Shown here piece after piece: positions 38,678 to 48,700 of a stretch of 64,000 nucleotides of DNA. The stretch is from a virus. Where the stretch lies: the IMG/VR virus record IMGVR_UViG_3300045988_062648, positions 1 to 64,000 of that record, one strand, 5' to 3'. The notes beneath the pieces were generated by a model. The model was not told the origin of the DNA and did no database searches. It was given only the letters and a program-made list of their open reading frames with translations. Numbering within the stretch: the stretch's first letter is position 1; every line of letters starts with the position of its first letter. The position numbers were made by a program, and so were the translations under genes.

Positions 38678-41600
38678 TGAATACTGAACTTATATTTTCA
38701 CAAGGTGGTGTAGAAGTTCCTAATCCAGCTTATAATTCTCGTAGTAAAAAACGAGGAGTTTCTCCTACTATAATAGTTCCTGATGCTTCTCAAGCAAGTT
38801 CTATGGCAGATATTGCTTATAGAACTAATCCTGCTCTTTATGGTCAGTATGATTATGCTGATGTAAAAAAGTATTATGGTGAAGGTTTAATGCCTAATAA
38901 AATATCGCCAAATCTAGATGTAGAGCTTGCAGAAGCACAAAGTGGTATAAAAAAGTTTGGTAATGCTTTAGCACAAACACTTGTATCAGAAATAGCTTTA
39001 GGCACTGTAATAGGTATAACAGATTTACTTGATGTAGTAGGAAATGCTATAAGTATGAATACTAATAATGATTATCAAAATCCTATTAGTAGAACTCTTA
39101 CTGAATGGCAAGAAAAATTTAGAAATGAAGTTGCTCCTATTTATACAGACCCAACTAAAAATATAGCTAACGGTGGTTTACTTGATATGGGTTGGTGGGC
39201 TAGTAATATTCCAAGTATTGCTAGTTCACTTACTTTGCTTATTCCATCAACAGGTGTAACAAAAGGACTTTCAGCACTTTCTAAATCTACTAATATAGGT
39301 GCTTATACTAGAACTGCCGTTAGAGCTGCAACTAAAAAACTTGGTAATAAAAGTTTATATAGAGCGGCTAATCGTCCATCTACTATTACAGCTTGGAATA
39401 GAGGAATAGAATTAGGTATTAATGCTGGACTTCAACGTACAATGGAAAACTATCAAGAAGCTAGACAAGTTTATAATGATAGTTTAGAAGATAGTATTAA
39501 TACTCTTCAAAATATGTCTCCCGAAGATTATCAGAATATGCTTCAACGTAATGCTGATATGTTTGAAGGAGTCGATACAAGTAATATACAAGAAGTAGCT
39601 AAAGCTATTGCTCGTAGAGCTTCTGATAGAACATTTGCTATGGACTTTGCTAATATTGGTTTTGACGTTATGCAACTTTATGCTCTTAGAAATGTTTTTG
39701 GCAATAACAGATTAGCTAATGTTGGTAGAGCTTCTGCTCGTAGAGCAAATAGACTTAGTATTAAATATGCAGGTAAAAGTCAAGCTGAAATAGATAAACT
39801 TGAAGCAGCAAGACCTTGGAGAGAAAGAACTTTAGATAATATAAAAGATTATGCTATAGGTAGCGGTTATGCTATTAAAGCTCAACTTAGTGAAGGTGTT
39901 GAAGAAGCTGTTAACTATATTGCTCAAGAAGAAGGTATGAGTCTAGGTCGAACTATTCTTGGTAAAGAGAATCCAAGTAGTTTTGATTATAGACTTAAAC
40001 AATACATGTTTGCTCCTCAACTTTGGGAAAGTGCATTTTGGGGTACACTTGGTGGAGTAACATTTCAAGCTGCTGGTAGTGGTTTAATGCGAGTAGCAAA
40101 TACTATTAAAAAAGGAACAGAGGTTGACCCTATTACAGGAGAACGTAGACAGAATGTTGCTTGGGCTGGTCTTAGTATGCTTCCTGAAGTAGAAAGACGA
40201 GTTAAAGATATTGAATCTCGTAATATTAAAATGGGACAACTTGCAGAACTTATTAAGACTATTGATAAAGACCATAAAAATCCTTTTCAAAGAAATGCTG
40301 ATGGAAGTTTTGTTGATATACCTAATAAGATTGATCAAGATGCAGCTAAAGAACTAGCTATTAATGAATTTGTTACTGATATTGCTTTACAAGCTAATAA
40401 CAATGGTAATTATGAAGCTACAAGAGAATATCTTGCTGACGATAACGTTAGACAAGCTATGGTTCAAGCTGGTATAGTAGATGAAGCTAGTTCTAAAGAA
40501 TGGCAACAAAGTGTTCTTAGAAAGTATGACCAAGTTAAAGAACAATATGAAAATGAGTTGTTTAAACTAGATGATTTAGCAGCTACTAGTAACGTTAAAG
40601 GAAGAGTTCCTATTGAATTTCTACAGAATGCTGCAACATTTAATGTTCAAACTAAACTTAATATTGCTAATTTAAGGTCTCAACAAAGTGCTTATACAGA
40701 GCAATACAATAAAGCTAAAGCTGATGCTATAGAAAATGGTAAACTAGATGCTACTTATGATTATGATTCTATTATAAAGCTGTCCACTATTGTTAGTGGA
40801 CTTAATGCTTTATATCAACAAAGAAAAGAAATACAAGATGATATAAAACAAAATGGTGCTACTGTTGCTAAACAAATAAGTCTTGATGAAATTAATAAAC
40901 GTATAACTAAACTTCAAAAAGACTTTTATATAGATAATAGTACTAATCAACTTGTATCTCTTCTTGCTGGTCTTAGTTCTATTTATAATAGTAGAGCTAG
41001 AAACGAAGAAATAGATAAAAATCTAGAAAAAGCTCTTAATGATGCTTTACAAAATAATAAGTTTGGTGGTATAGAAACTTTGCTAGGTCTTGAGCCTGAT
41101 ACTATAACAGTATCAGAAGAAGAACATAAAAATATAGTTAATGCTTATAATAAATTTAATAAAGAATTTATTAATAGAACAGAGGGCAAACAAGGTATTA
41201 ATCAAATTGGTAAACAAAATGTAGAAGCACTTTCTAATGCTATTGCTCTTGGTTATACTATAGCTAATCAACAATCTCAAGTTATAGATACTCAATCTGA
41301 TTTAGATTATTATCTTAATATGATGAACAATAGTATGGATGAAGCTAGAAGAAATGCTATTGAAGAATCATATAATACTATAAGAGAACTTAATAAGAAA
41401 TATGGTCGTAGAAGTATTGAAGAAGCTCTAGCTCTTGCTTATCAAGGAAAATCTTCTTTAGAAGCTCTTGATGATTATGAAGAAGGAGATAGAAATAATC
41501 TTAATAGAGCTATTAAAATTCTTAATCTTACTAGTGCGCCTAACCGAATACTTTATGATGATATTCAAGCACTACTTGATATAGAGGATAAACTTAGTGC

Positions 41601-44600
41601 TGATAGACGTGCTAATACAGAAGTATTATCTACCACAAATCAAAATCCCGTACAATCGACTGAAACCTCGCAGACGAACAATCCATCAGCTGTCACGTCC
41701 GAAACGCCCACAGCGCAAGCAAATAGGCAAAACGGCAATGTTCCGCCAACTCAAACACCATCTCAAACGGCTACATCAGAGCCAATAAATGTTCGTGTTG
41801 GTACTCGCAGTGGTAATCCTTTTATTACTGCAATAAGTGATACAGGAGCACAAAATCAAAATGGTACACTTGTTCCTACAACAGTAGCTGGTCGTTATAG
41901 ACTGCAAACACAAGAAGAACAAATACTTAATAATGATAATTTCTATGATAAAGAGAATGGTGTTTCTGTTATAGATGGTGATTATAAAATTACTCAAGAA
42001 CCAATAGTCATACTTGATAATGATGGAAAATATGTTATAGAAGAGAAAGGATTATTGAGTAAAGTAAATGACGAGAAGCCCCCCGTAGAAGATAACGGTG
42101 GAACTCAACAAGGTGGAAACTCTTTTCAAGATGCTATTAGAGATAAAGAAACTCAACAAGGTGTAGTACAACAAAGTCAAGACGATGCAACCTCTTCTAC
42201 GGGGGGCGAGAGTCAAGTAGATAGTTTTATCCCAGTAGAAGATTTAAGTCAAGCTGTAGCTGCTAGAATGACTGATATCAATGTTCTTGACTCAAATCTT
42301 GATTTAGACGCTAAAGCTCAACAATATAAAGAACAACTTAATCCTGAAGAATTTGGTGTTACAAGAGAAGAACTTGATAGAGTTATAGATGAACGTATAG
42401 CTGGTTTTAAACAACTTAAAGAACATCTTGCTACACTTCAAAATCCTCAAGCTCAAGCTGCTACTGGAATAGCTTTTGCAGCTAGACTTATGGAACCTAC
42501 TAGTAATGTATTTTCATTAATGTTTGCTAGTAGTATGTCTAGTTTTGTTCAAGAATATGCTAAGTCAATGATTATACCAAAGACTACAGATGGTCGTTAT
42601 GTAATTAATCTTAGGTCTTTTCTTAGACAGCTTAGAGACGCTCTTGGCTCAAATAATAAAGATGTTATTCTTCCTATATATCGTCAAATTAAAACTTATT
42701 TCCTTAGTGCTGACGGTAAAGCAAATTATGTACTTGATAATTATGAAACGTTACTTGATGATAGTGTATTAGATAATCTTGATAAGTCTGTAGAACAAAT
42801 CAGACAAGAACAAAATAATAATGTAACGACATTAAGAGTAAATATTAATGACTTTATAGAAGCAGCCAATAACGTTTACGATGATGCTAGACGTCAAGAA
42901 TACTTTAATGTTCTTGATAATCTTAAAGTTGGAGATAAACTTACTCTTAGAACTCTCGATGGTTACATAGAAGTATCTAAAGGAAATGTAGTAGTAGGTA
43001 ATATGTCTATTGCTAAAGTTACTCCTGATGGTAGATATTATGTATATAATGAAGGTTGGAGAGAAGATGTTAATATTGGTTCTAATGGACAAATTATAAG
43101 TGATGCTAAACAAATAATAGAAGATATATTTACAGGACAGTCTGTAAATCATACTAGTCTTCGTAAAATTATTACTGATGCCATTACTGCTAGAGATATT
43201 TCAAAAAATCTAGTTAATCGTTTTGCAGCTAATCCTATTATAAATGATTTAGCTAATCGTTCTAGAGGAGAACAAGCTGGAGAAAGAATATTCTTTGTAG
43301 ATGATAAGACAGGTCTTATTGACTATGATAGAATACTTCGTCATCTTGTAAAACTTTGGAATTATTCTTTTGTTAGTAATAAATCAATAGTAACAAATGA
43401 TGATATAAAAGCTAGTCTTAATAATTGGTATGAAAAACTTTATCATACTTATAATAATATTAATTATCTAGCTCAACAACAAGATGTTACTGTTAGTTAC
43501 ATGAATGAAGGAGCTATTAATAGAAAAGTAGAAAATGATACAGCTAATGCTTATGAACAATTTGAATATGCTTCAAATGGTATTGCTGATTTATCTCAAG
43601 CTGCTCTTGGAATAACTGCTCCCATAACTAATACAATGGTAATATCAGGACATAATGGAGAATCTTCTACATGGAGTGCTGGTAGTACAGTTGTAGCTAT
43701 TTATAGTAGAAATACTAAACCTGATTTTGTTAAAGCTTATGGTCTTAGACTTACAACAGATGAAATGAAGCAAAATGCTACATTTAAAGCTATGAATGAT
43801 GCTATGCAGAATAGACTTATTTCTATTATAAATAGTTTAATAAGTAATAATTCTGATGAAAACTTTAGTAAACTTGTAGATACTATAACGTCCATTCTAG
43901 CTTGTAGAAATTTTACTGATTACGTAAATCCTAAGACTAAAGTTCCAATATATAGAGCTATGTCTGGAAGATTCCAAATTAGACCTGTTACTTATAGAAA
44001 TACTCCTAATATTAAAGGTATTGATATAATATATACAAGTCCTGATGGTCGAATGAGTAACTTCCATATTTATAATCATGGTGCTAATAGACCTCAAATA
44101 GGTTATAAACCGGCTAATACAAACAGATTTGTATTTACTGATACTGATAGTACTATTACTGGTTCTAGGATAGCTACTGATTTTATGAACTTTATAGCTC
44201 CTTATGTAAACTTTAATATAGCTCAGGCTGGTATAGCTCTTGATAATAATCCTAATGCTGATTATGCTGGTTTTATAACTCATAAAAACGGAAAAGTAGT
44301 TGTTAATATTCCAACAGAAGATAATACAATTGGATTTAATGAAGAATATGATAGTTATAGTCAATTTGTTCTTAGTAATAATCTAGTCAAAGTTAATACT
44401 TTTGTTGGTCAAAATGGTAAGAACTTTAGTTATCAAAATGGAAATCAACGTGCTAATCAAGTTCTTTATGTAGATAGTGAGTTGGGAACTACAACCCCCG
44501 TAGAAGAAACGAGATATATTAATTCTAACTCTGATGCAGCTCTTAATCAACAAGTTTATGATATACTTAACTCTAATGAGCCAACTAGTAATACAGGAGA

Positions 44601-45738
44601 ACGTATATTCCAAGCTATTAAAGGTAATAAACAACAAATAGAAATTCCTCATATAACAGATGATGAAGGAAATGTTATAAGTTTATTCCCAGCTGATATT
44701 AGGTTTGAACCTAAGATGAATGATAGACAAGATAGTCGAGGAGTAATAGCTTATACTACAAGTGATAAAAACCATAGGCATATTTATGTTTATAATAGTC
44801 CTACTGATAAAAATTCTGCTCGTGTTGGAAGAGCTGTTGGTAAAGTTTATGTAGGAACTAAATGGCTTAATATGATAAGTAGTAATAATGAAGCTGTTAG
44901 AAATGTAGCTATTTCTAAACTTATTCATGAACGTTTACATTTACTTATACATGATGCAAAATATGCTGCAAAAGCTCCTAAACTTTATTCTGATATTGCT
45001 CCTATATATGAAGAATTTTGGAAACAAGTAAATAATATTCGACAAGATGCTAATGCAGATGCTACTCTTAAAGAACTTGCTAATCATGCTGTAACTACTT
45101 TCCAACCTTATTTCAATACAGAAGCAAGTACTAGAAATGATGAAGCTGCTCATAATAGAGCAACACAAGTATTATATGAAGAGTTTATAGTTGAAAGTCT
45201 TACTAATAGTGCTTTCCTTAATCTTCTTAATGCTATGGAGGCTACAGAAGAAATAAGTAGAGGCAAACAAAATCTGCTTAGTAGAATTATTGATGCTATA
45301 CTTAATTTCCTTGGTATTACTGATAAAATAAATAAAGGTAGTCTTCTTGAACAACAAATTAATACTTTAGCTAATTCATTTAATAATGATGATGTATTAC
45401 CGCCAAATGTCAATAAAGATATTGAACAAAGTGTTTCTCAGGAAATTGAAAATGATGTTAACGAAGTACAAGAAACACAAGAAGTAAGTAATAAGGAAGA
45501 AGATACTTTAACTTCTGATGAACAAGATGATGCCGATGTATTTGACGAAGAAGGAGATGATTATGAAGATGTAGATGACAATGCTAATGCTGCTAATATA
45601 GCTGAACCAATTCTTCCAGTAAGTGAAGAAATAAGTATTTCGTCAATCGACTACTTTAGCCGCCAGCTCCCTGGGATAAGCCAACGCCAATTTAGGGCAA
45701 TGATTGACCGTGGTGACGTTAATTTCCGATGCAGGTAG
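38677..45738 (+). CDS. giant virion (cargo-type) protein
   Basis: 2353-aa uninterrupted ORF; contains four dispersed-motif copies, a GC-rich Thr/Pro/Gln linker (about 41640-41800), HERLH motif and acidic C-terminal tail. Confidence 0.5.
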   Translation: MNTELIFSQGGVEVPNPAYNSRSKKRGVSPTIIVPDASQASSMADIAYRTNPALYGQYDYADVKKYYGEGLMPNKISPNLDVELAEAQSGIKKFGNALAQTLVSEIALGTVIGITDLLDVVGNAISMNTNNDYQNPISRTLTEWQEKFRNEVAPIYTDPTKNIANGGLLDMGWWASNIPSIASSLTLLIPSTGVTKGLSALSKSTNIGAYTRTAVRAATKKLGNKSLYRAANRPSTITAWNRGIELGINAGLQRTMENYQEARQVYNDSLEDSINTLQNMSPEDYQNMLQRNADMFEGVDTSNIQEVAKAIARRASDRTFAMDFANIGFDVMQLYALRNVFGNNRLANVGRASARRANRLSIKYAGKSQAEIDKLEAARPWRERTLDNIKDYAIGSGYAIKAQLSEGVEEAVNYIAQEEGMSLGRTILGKENPSSFDYRLKQYMFAPQLWESAFWGTLGGVTFQAAGSGLMRVANTIKKGTEVDPITGERRQNVAWAGLSMLPEVERRVKDIESRNIKMGQLAELIKTIDKDHKNPFQRNADGSFVDIPNKIDQDAAKELAINEFVTDIALQANNNGNYEATREYLADDNVRQAMVQAGIVDEASSKEWQQSVLRKYDQVKEQYENELFKLDDLAATSNVKGRVPIEFLQNAATFNVQTKLNIANLRSQQSAYTEQYNKAKADAIENGKLDATYDYDSIIKLSTIVSGLNALYQQRKEIQDDIKQNGATVAKQISLDEINKRITKLQKDFYIDNSTNQLVSLLAGLSSIYNSRARNEEIDKNLEKALNDALQNNKFGGIETLLGLEPDTITVSEEEHKNIVNAYNKFNKEFINRTEGKQGINQIGKQNVEALSNAIALGYTIANQQSQVIDTQSDLDYYLNMMNNSMDEARRNAIEESYNTIRELNKKYGRRSIEEALALAYQGKSSLEALDDYEEGDRNNLNRAIKILNLTSAPNRILYDDIQALLDIEDKLSADRRANTEVLSTTNQNPVQSTETSQTNNPSAVTSETPTAQANRQNGNVPPTQTPSQTATSEPINVRVGTRSGNPFITAISDTGAQNQNGTLVPTTVAGRYRLQTQEEQILNNDNFYDKENGVSVIDGDYKITQEPIVILDNDGKYVIEEKGLLSKVNDEKPPVEDNGGTQQGGNSFQDAIRDKETQQGVVQQSQDDATSSTGGESQVDSFIPVEDLSQAVAARMTDINVLDSNLDLDAKAQQYKEQLNPEEFGVTREELDRVIDERIAGFKQLKEHLATLQNPQAQAATGIAFAARLMEPTSNVFSLMFASSMSSFVQEYAKSMIIPKTTDGRYVINLRSFLRQLRDALGSNNKDVILPIYRQIKTYFLSADGKANYVLDNYETLLDDSVLDNLDKSVEQIRQEQNNNVTTLRVNINDFIEAANNVYDDARRQEYFNVLDNLKVGDKLTLRTLDGYIEVSKGNVVVGNMSIAKVTPDGRYYVYNEGWREDVNIGSNGQIISDAKQIIEDIFTGQSVNHTSLRKIITDAITARDISKNLVNRFAANPIINDLANRSRGEQAGERIFFVDDKTGLIDYDRILRHLVKLWNYSFVSNKSIVTNDDIKASLNNWYEKLYHTYNNINYLAQQQDVTVSYMNEGAINRKVENDTANAYEQFEYASNGIADLSQAALGITAPITNTMVISGHNGESSTWSAGSTVVAIYSRNTKPDFVKAYGLRLTTDEMKQNATFKAMNDAMQNRLISIINSLISNNSDENFSKLVDTITSILACRNFTDYVNPKTKVPIYRAMSGRFQIRPVTYRNTPNIKGIDIIYTSPDGRMSNFHIYNHGANRPQIGYKPANTNRFVFTDTDSTITGSRIATDFMNFIAPYVNFNIAQAGIALDNNPNADYAGFITHKNGKVVVNIPTEDNTIGFNEEYDSYSQFVLSNNLVKVNTFVGQNGKNFSYQNGNQRANQVLYVDSELGTTTPVEETRYINSNSDAALNQQVYDILNSNEPTSNTGERIFQAIKGNKQQIEIPHITDDEGNVISLFPADIRFEPKMNDRQDSRGVIAYTTSDKNHRHIYVYNSPTDKNSARVGRAVGKVYVGTKWLNMISSNNEAVRNVAISKLIHERLHLLIHDAKYAAKAPKLYSDIAPIYEEFWKQVNNIRQDANADATLKELANHAVTTFQPYFNTEASTRNDEAAHNRATQVLYEEFIVESLTNSAFLNLLNAMEATEEISRGKQNLLSRIIDAILNFLGITDKINKGSLLEQQINTLANSFNNDDVLPPNVNKDIEQSVSQEIENDVNEVQETQEVSNKEEDTLTSDEQDDADVFDEEGDDYEDVDDNANAANIAEPILPVSEEISISSIDYFSRQLPGISQRQFRAMIDRGDVNFRCR
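42075..42099 (-). repeat. dispersed motif copy (reverse): gaagccccccgtagaagataacggt
   Basis: inside giant CDS (KPPVEDNG); inverted partner of 42189-42217 about 110 nt downstream. Confidence 0.7.
42189..42217 (+). repeat. dispersed motif copy (forward, subtype B): aacctcttctacggggggcgagagtcaag
   Basis: inside giant CDS (SSTGGESQ); GGGC-GAGA-G(T/C)CC mini-hairpin possible. Confidence 0.75.
44481..44511 (-). repeat. dispersed motif copy (reverse, extended): gttgggaactacaacccccgtagaagaaacg
   Basis: inside giant CDS (LGTTTPVEETR); reverse complement tcttctacgggggttgtagttcccaac matches full subtype A consensus. Confidence 0.8.
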
Positions 45739-45796
45739 AATACGTCCACTTTTAATTTTGAACCGCTTAAAATCGAATTTAAAATATATAATAACT

Positions 45797-48700
45797 ATGA
45801 GTGATAAAAGTTGTATTATAAAGTTTAACGATAGTAGTCTTTCAAAAGAACTTACAAAAAGAACTGGTCATAATAGTATAAAGTTTGCTGCTTATGAAGC
45901 CGCAGTAATTGAAAATGGTCAGTTTAATCAAGCATTTACAGATTGGTATAAAGCTCGTTATAAAAGAACACCAAATCTAGAAGTAAAAGACGCTAAGACT
46001 TTAGCTGATAGAGTAATTGAATATTATAATACTGAAGTGTATACTACAGCTAGAGATATTACAAATCAAAGTGTAGATGCTAAACAAGTACTTGAAAATG
46101 GTTATAATAGTTTTCAAGATAGAGAACTTGGTAAACATTTTGTAGCTGTATCTATACTTAGAACTTATCGCGATGTTCATGACCTTGGCATAAATATTCG
46201 TGGTAGTAAACGAGATTATTATACTAATACTGCTAAAAGAGCATGGAATGATTATATATTTGAATCTATAGTTGCTAGACGCAAGAAAGATATTAATCAA
46301 GTTAAAGAAGAATATGATTCTGCTGAAGATAAATATGCTTATATTAATAAAGAACTTGGTAGAAATAAAACTGTAAGCGAAGTTAATCTTATTGCAGTTT
46401 GGAATGAGTTAAATGGTAGTGCAGATAAAGCTCAAAGGTTTATAGATGAAGTTTTTGCTACTAATGAAATATCTAATATTAGAGCAGAAATAGATGATGT
46501 TGAAACAGATAAAAATATAAATGATGCTTCTGATGCTAATCGAGAAGAAAATGATTTAGATAACGGAGAGGATGTAGCAAAAGAAGAAGATGCAACTGAT
46601 GATACTATTAGTAAATTTGATCATTCAGGTGTTTATAGTACTTGGCTTAAACATCTTAATCAAAGACTTGTAGTATATTTCAATACTCTTGAAGTTCTTA
46701 ATAGTCCTACTCAAAATGATGGTGCTTGGGATGTAAATAGAAATAATAGTTTTGGTATAGCAAATACTATGGATGCAGCAGCTTGTTCTAAGCTGATATT
46801 TGCTAATAATGGTTTTGCTAATACTGATGAAATGATTTATACTATTAGACGTTTAAGTACTACTATACCTGGCTTTGAGTCTTTTGCTAAATTTGCAGAT
46901 GACCTTGAACACGATGCTGATTTACGTACAGAAGTATTTACTACGTTTAGTAAAGCTGTAGTTCCTAAACTTGAAACTGTAATCGAAAACGAAGAAGTTA
47001 ATACACGTATTAGTAATCTACGGGCTAATCCGAGACTTGCCACAATGTTCTTGGCGTATGATGATATGCGAGCTTCTATAGGTATTGATAATACTTTTAT
47101 GCAAAGTAGAGTTAATGCTTTTGAAAGAAGTCTTAAAAAGAAGAGTGGTGTAGTAGAAAATGCAAAAGAAAGACTTAATAAAGATATTGACGATATTATT
47201 GATATAGTTCGTCAATATATACCATCTATTCCAGCAAATGCTATAAAAACATTTATACAAAAGAATAATCACGCAGATAATGATATTAATGCTCAATATG
47301 ATAATCTTAATATTATAGTTGGTAATCTTAAAAACATTATTAAGAGTGCATCTGCTACCCAAACTAGATATAATAGTTTTATAACTAGAATAAATGAAGC
47401 TGTTGAACATAATGACGCAATAAAACATGATGTTAGTGGACAACCACATAGTCATACAGAATATATAAATATAGCCGACTTATATAAAGAAGATTATCTT
47501 GATGCTAGTGTTAATGGTGCTGTTGCAGCTATAGTTGATAATGTTCTTCAATATATTAATCCTGACGTATCTTTTAATTCTCGTAATCAAGATGGTAATC
47601 AAAACTCTGATGTAATTAATAATAGTTTAGTTACATATATGCGCCGACTTAATAGTCGTTGGTATATGTATAGAGATGAAGCTACAGGTAATGCTACTTG
47701 GCAAAATGATGAACTTCTTGATTGGGGAAGAGAAAGACTTTTAAGTCAGCAATATACTTATAGTAATATACTTCTTGAACACAGAGATGAAGAAGGTAAT
47801 ATTCTTAATAAAGGGTTGTTCCGTAAAGGTGATAATGGAGAACTTTCTTTAACAGAATATGCTAAAGATCTTTTTGATATTTATTATTATAATGGAGCAT
47901 CAGATTTAGATAATGGTACTAGTGCAGGTTATTCCAAAATGAATATTGGAGTATATGCACCTACTACTTATATGAATTATTTTAAAGCTAATGTTAATGG
48001 TGTTTCAGATAGTAATTTTGCTAATTATTTCTTACGTATTCCATCAGATGCTCCTAAAACTTTTATACTACGTGCTCCAAGATATAGTACAAAAAATCTT
48101 TATAGCGTAGCTAATAGAGATGAAATACGTCAAGCTGCAAGTGAAATAGTTGATAATTACGATAGAATTAGCATTAATGATTTTACTAGAGATTATTTTA
48201 ATGAAGAAACAATAAAAGTAAAAGGTAATAATATCAACTCTACAGAAGATATAATTGCTAATTATCTTACCGATAAAGGAGATATGTATGTTCCAACACT
48301 TAAAGCTGTTAAACAAATTCCTGATAGTGATGAAGTTTATGTAGCTGTTGAAACAGTTGGAACATATAAAAATCCAGATGGAACATATAGTAATCACTTG
48401 TATATAATAAAAGGTACTCTAGTAAAGAGAGGTAAAGCTAATTTCCTTACTAATAGAGAATATATTGCTTCTGTATCTGATACTCATGATATGGATGAGA
48501 AGGTTAAAAACATTATGAGAAATTACTATGAACGTAGGCTTGAAACTCATGATGTTACAGTTAAAGGAACTACATATAATAAAGCTAGACGAGAAATAAA
48601 TAGAAATCATACTATTGTTAAGATACTTCTTAATAACTTTAAACAAGAACTTCTTGACATGGCTACAACACTTAACCATTACTTTGAATTTAATGCTGAT

